From Squalus acanthias (taxonomy: Eukaryota), in NCBI GenBank assembly GCA_030390025.1, contig CM059438.1, positions 61,320,001 through 61,384,000 of the forward strand: a DNA stretch of 64,000 bases, in the 5' to 3' direction. Of this stretch, positions 61,641 through 64,000 are shown in pieces. Made by a program: the position numbers and the translations under genes. Numbering within the stretch: the stretch's first letter is position 1; every line of letters begins with the position of its first letter. A model generated the notes under the pieces. The model worked only from the letters and a program-made list of their open reading frames with translations, was not told the origin of the DNA and made no database searches.

Positions 61641-62932
61641 TTTTTTCTTTTAGCGAATGAGACTCCATTAAACAGTCTGTCACCTAACACAGTGACTGAA
61701 AGCTCAATTGAATAAGCTGCCAGTCAGCCTAGTGAATGAGGAAGCAGTTAAGCAGGCTGCCATCGAGCGCTTTTAATGAGAACCCAGCTCTTTCGGCTGC
61801 AGCCTAATGCATTGAATGAGGGCTTGGTTGAATAGTCTGCCATCTAACACTGTGAAGTCAGCTGAACCATCCAAATAAAAAAATGGACAGGTTCCTGATT
61901 CAACAGAGAGCAGAGGAAGGCGGAAACTTGTCTCCAGTGCAGGAGGGGGATGAGATGATTTAAGTCTTGTAAATGGACCTATGCAGTAGGATGGTGGAAC
62001 GACTTCTTCTCATTCTTGGGTTCTAATGAAACCAAAAATATAGTGCAGCATTGGCACTGAAATGGTACTGTAGCTATCAAAGGGTTGATGGGCCTTCTCC
62101 CTTTCTCTGTGCTACTTGGTTCAGTCCAGTAACAGAAGCCTGAATGCTGAATTTCCTGGTGGTCCGGGTAATCACTTTGTAGATGTTGAGAGAGAGAGAG
62201 AGAGATGGGATGGAGGTGGTCCCCGGGCATGCGGCCTTTCCACTGGAATCTCAGTGAGACCCCAGTTCAGCTTCAAGCCTATGGAGTGACCCATGTCTTA
62301 GTATCCTGTTACAGCACAGCAAAGAGCTCTTTACAATGTTCTTTATACTTGCTGGGGTTTGCGGTCATTTCACGCTGAAAGGAGGTGACTCAATCCTTTT
62401 GGGAGAGTGGATTAGAAAAACTAACAGGAACACAAATCAGAAAGGTTCAGACGCTCTCTGAAAGGGGGCCAAGTGCTAACCTTTCATCTGTTGTCATGTG
62501 AGTCAATGGAGTCTGGAGCACAGCCTACCCCATTATGTAATGTTCCAGTGATGTGTAGAACAAATCAGACACACAGGGGACCCATATACAAAAAGCCAAA
62601 GGGCTATAAAGGAGTTTTGTTCAATACGGTGTGTCATAAAACATATTCAAGGTAAAACAGAAATTGTTTTTTTGTGGTTCTGATGTCATCATAGTGGTTT
62701 TAATAAATACCCATCATTCCAGTGTTGTGGTATCACCTAAATGCAGTAACCAAACTAACCTATTCTTGACTACACCAACTTTTATTTTACATTATATTAA
62801 CGCAAACAAACATGTCTTTCAATTTATTGTTATTTTACATTTAAAAATTGATCTCCGATGCTCCTGAATGAGTAGGTGAATGCATCAACAATGTGGCACT
62901 GAGATATACAAAGCAAGAAGGGCCGGACTTAG

Positions 62933-63362
62933 ATAGAACTTGCATTGATATAGCGCCGGATGACATACCCTGGGATCTCAACACACCACAACAAATTACT
63001 TATTTTTGAGTGCAGACGCTGTAATTATGTAGGAAACGCGGCAGCCGATTTGCGCACAGTAAGGTCCCACAAACAGAAAATGAAATAAATGACCATTTTT
63101 TTTTGAAAGAGGGATGTTAATTGTGATTCCTGCTCTTTTTATAAATAGCGCCAATTGGATCGTTTACATCCATCTGAACACACAGACGGGACCTCCAGTT
63201 TAAAGTCTCATCTGAAAGTCAGCACCTCCAATGATGCAGAATTCCCTCAGTACTGCGCTGGTGTCAGCCTAGATTATGTGTTCGAGAGTCTGGAGTAGGG
63301 CTTGGACCCACAACCTGCTGACTCAGAGGCAGGAGTGCTACCCCTGAGCCAGAGTTGACACC
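62933..63362 (-). mobile_element. Decayed Deu-domain SINE
   Basis: Matches the family with indels. Confidence 0.8.
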
Positions 63363-63364
63363 TG

Positions 63365-63500
63365 TTTTTTTAATTCATTCTCGGGATGTGGGCGTCGCTG
63401 GCATGGCTGCATTTATTGCCCATCCCTAGTTGCCCTTGGGAAGGTGGTGGTGAGCCTTCTTCTTGAACCGCTGCAGTCCGTGTGGTGAAGGTGCTCCTAT
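63365..63500 (-). mobile_element. 3' tip of the CR1-group LINE seen at 2654-3176
   Basis: Reverse complement of ~3035-3176. Confidence 0.8.
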
Positions 63501-63609
63501 GTATTGCAAAATGATCTCAGCTGAGGCATTGGTAGGGGTGGCGGGATTGGCCTCAATATCCATGGGCTCGGGAAGGAAACAAAATCAGCCAGGGTTCTTC
63601 CTCTTGAAT

Positions 63610-64000
63610 GGGTTGCATTTATATAGCACCTTGAACGGAATAAACATCCCAAGGCACTTCACAGACGCTGGGCATGAATAGAAGACGTTTTAAGTAAGCT
63701 TTTGAAGATATGGGGAAAGAGGTGGCAAGGCCGAGGAATTTAATGGGGGGGAAGCGCCAGGTAGCGGAGCTGCGAAGGCTGAAGGAGCAGAGGCAGCGGG
63801 GGAGGCCAGAGATAGAAAACCAAAGCTCACGAGGTGCAACACAGGTGTGTCAGAATTGGTGTTCCAGAAATAGGGAAGAGCAGGGTCGTGAAGGGATTTG
63901 TAAATGAGCGTGAGAATTTCGAATCCAATGCGTTGGGATACGGGAAGACTGTGGAGATTGGCAAGGACAGGAGCAAGACTTAACGTGGGACAATAATTAG
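63610..64000 (-). mobile_element. Decayed L2 3' fragment
   Basis: TTGCATTTATATAGCACC tail, similar to 3320-3760. Confidence 0.6.

Overview
This 64-kb window is repeat-saturated vertebrate DNA, most likely from a shark or other cartilaginous fish; that assignment is inferred from the mix of V-SINE/HE1-type and Deu-domain SINEs with CR1, L2 and RTE LINEs. I found no host protein-coding gene that I can support. The main feature is an apparently intact 4,234-bp autonomous PIF/Harbinger DNA transposon (18777-23010, TSD ATT). It carries two convergent genes: a 3-exon, 488-aa Myb/SANT-like protein on + and an intronless 386-aa DDE transposase on -. At least eight relatives surround it (deletion derivatives, MITEs and decayed transposase copies), and the closest share terminal, TATA-like, CRE-like and TTAGCGCC motifs. 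Two near-identical ~98-bp insertions (8911-9008 and 25132-25229) carry a minimal hammerhead-ribozyme core of the Penelope-like type. The rest is LINE and SINE fragments, two probable solo LTRs, several nested insertions, and minisatellites with 45-, ~66-, 48- and 15-bp units that produce spurious long ORFs. Everything was read by eye; boundaries of decayed repeats are approximate.
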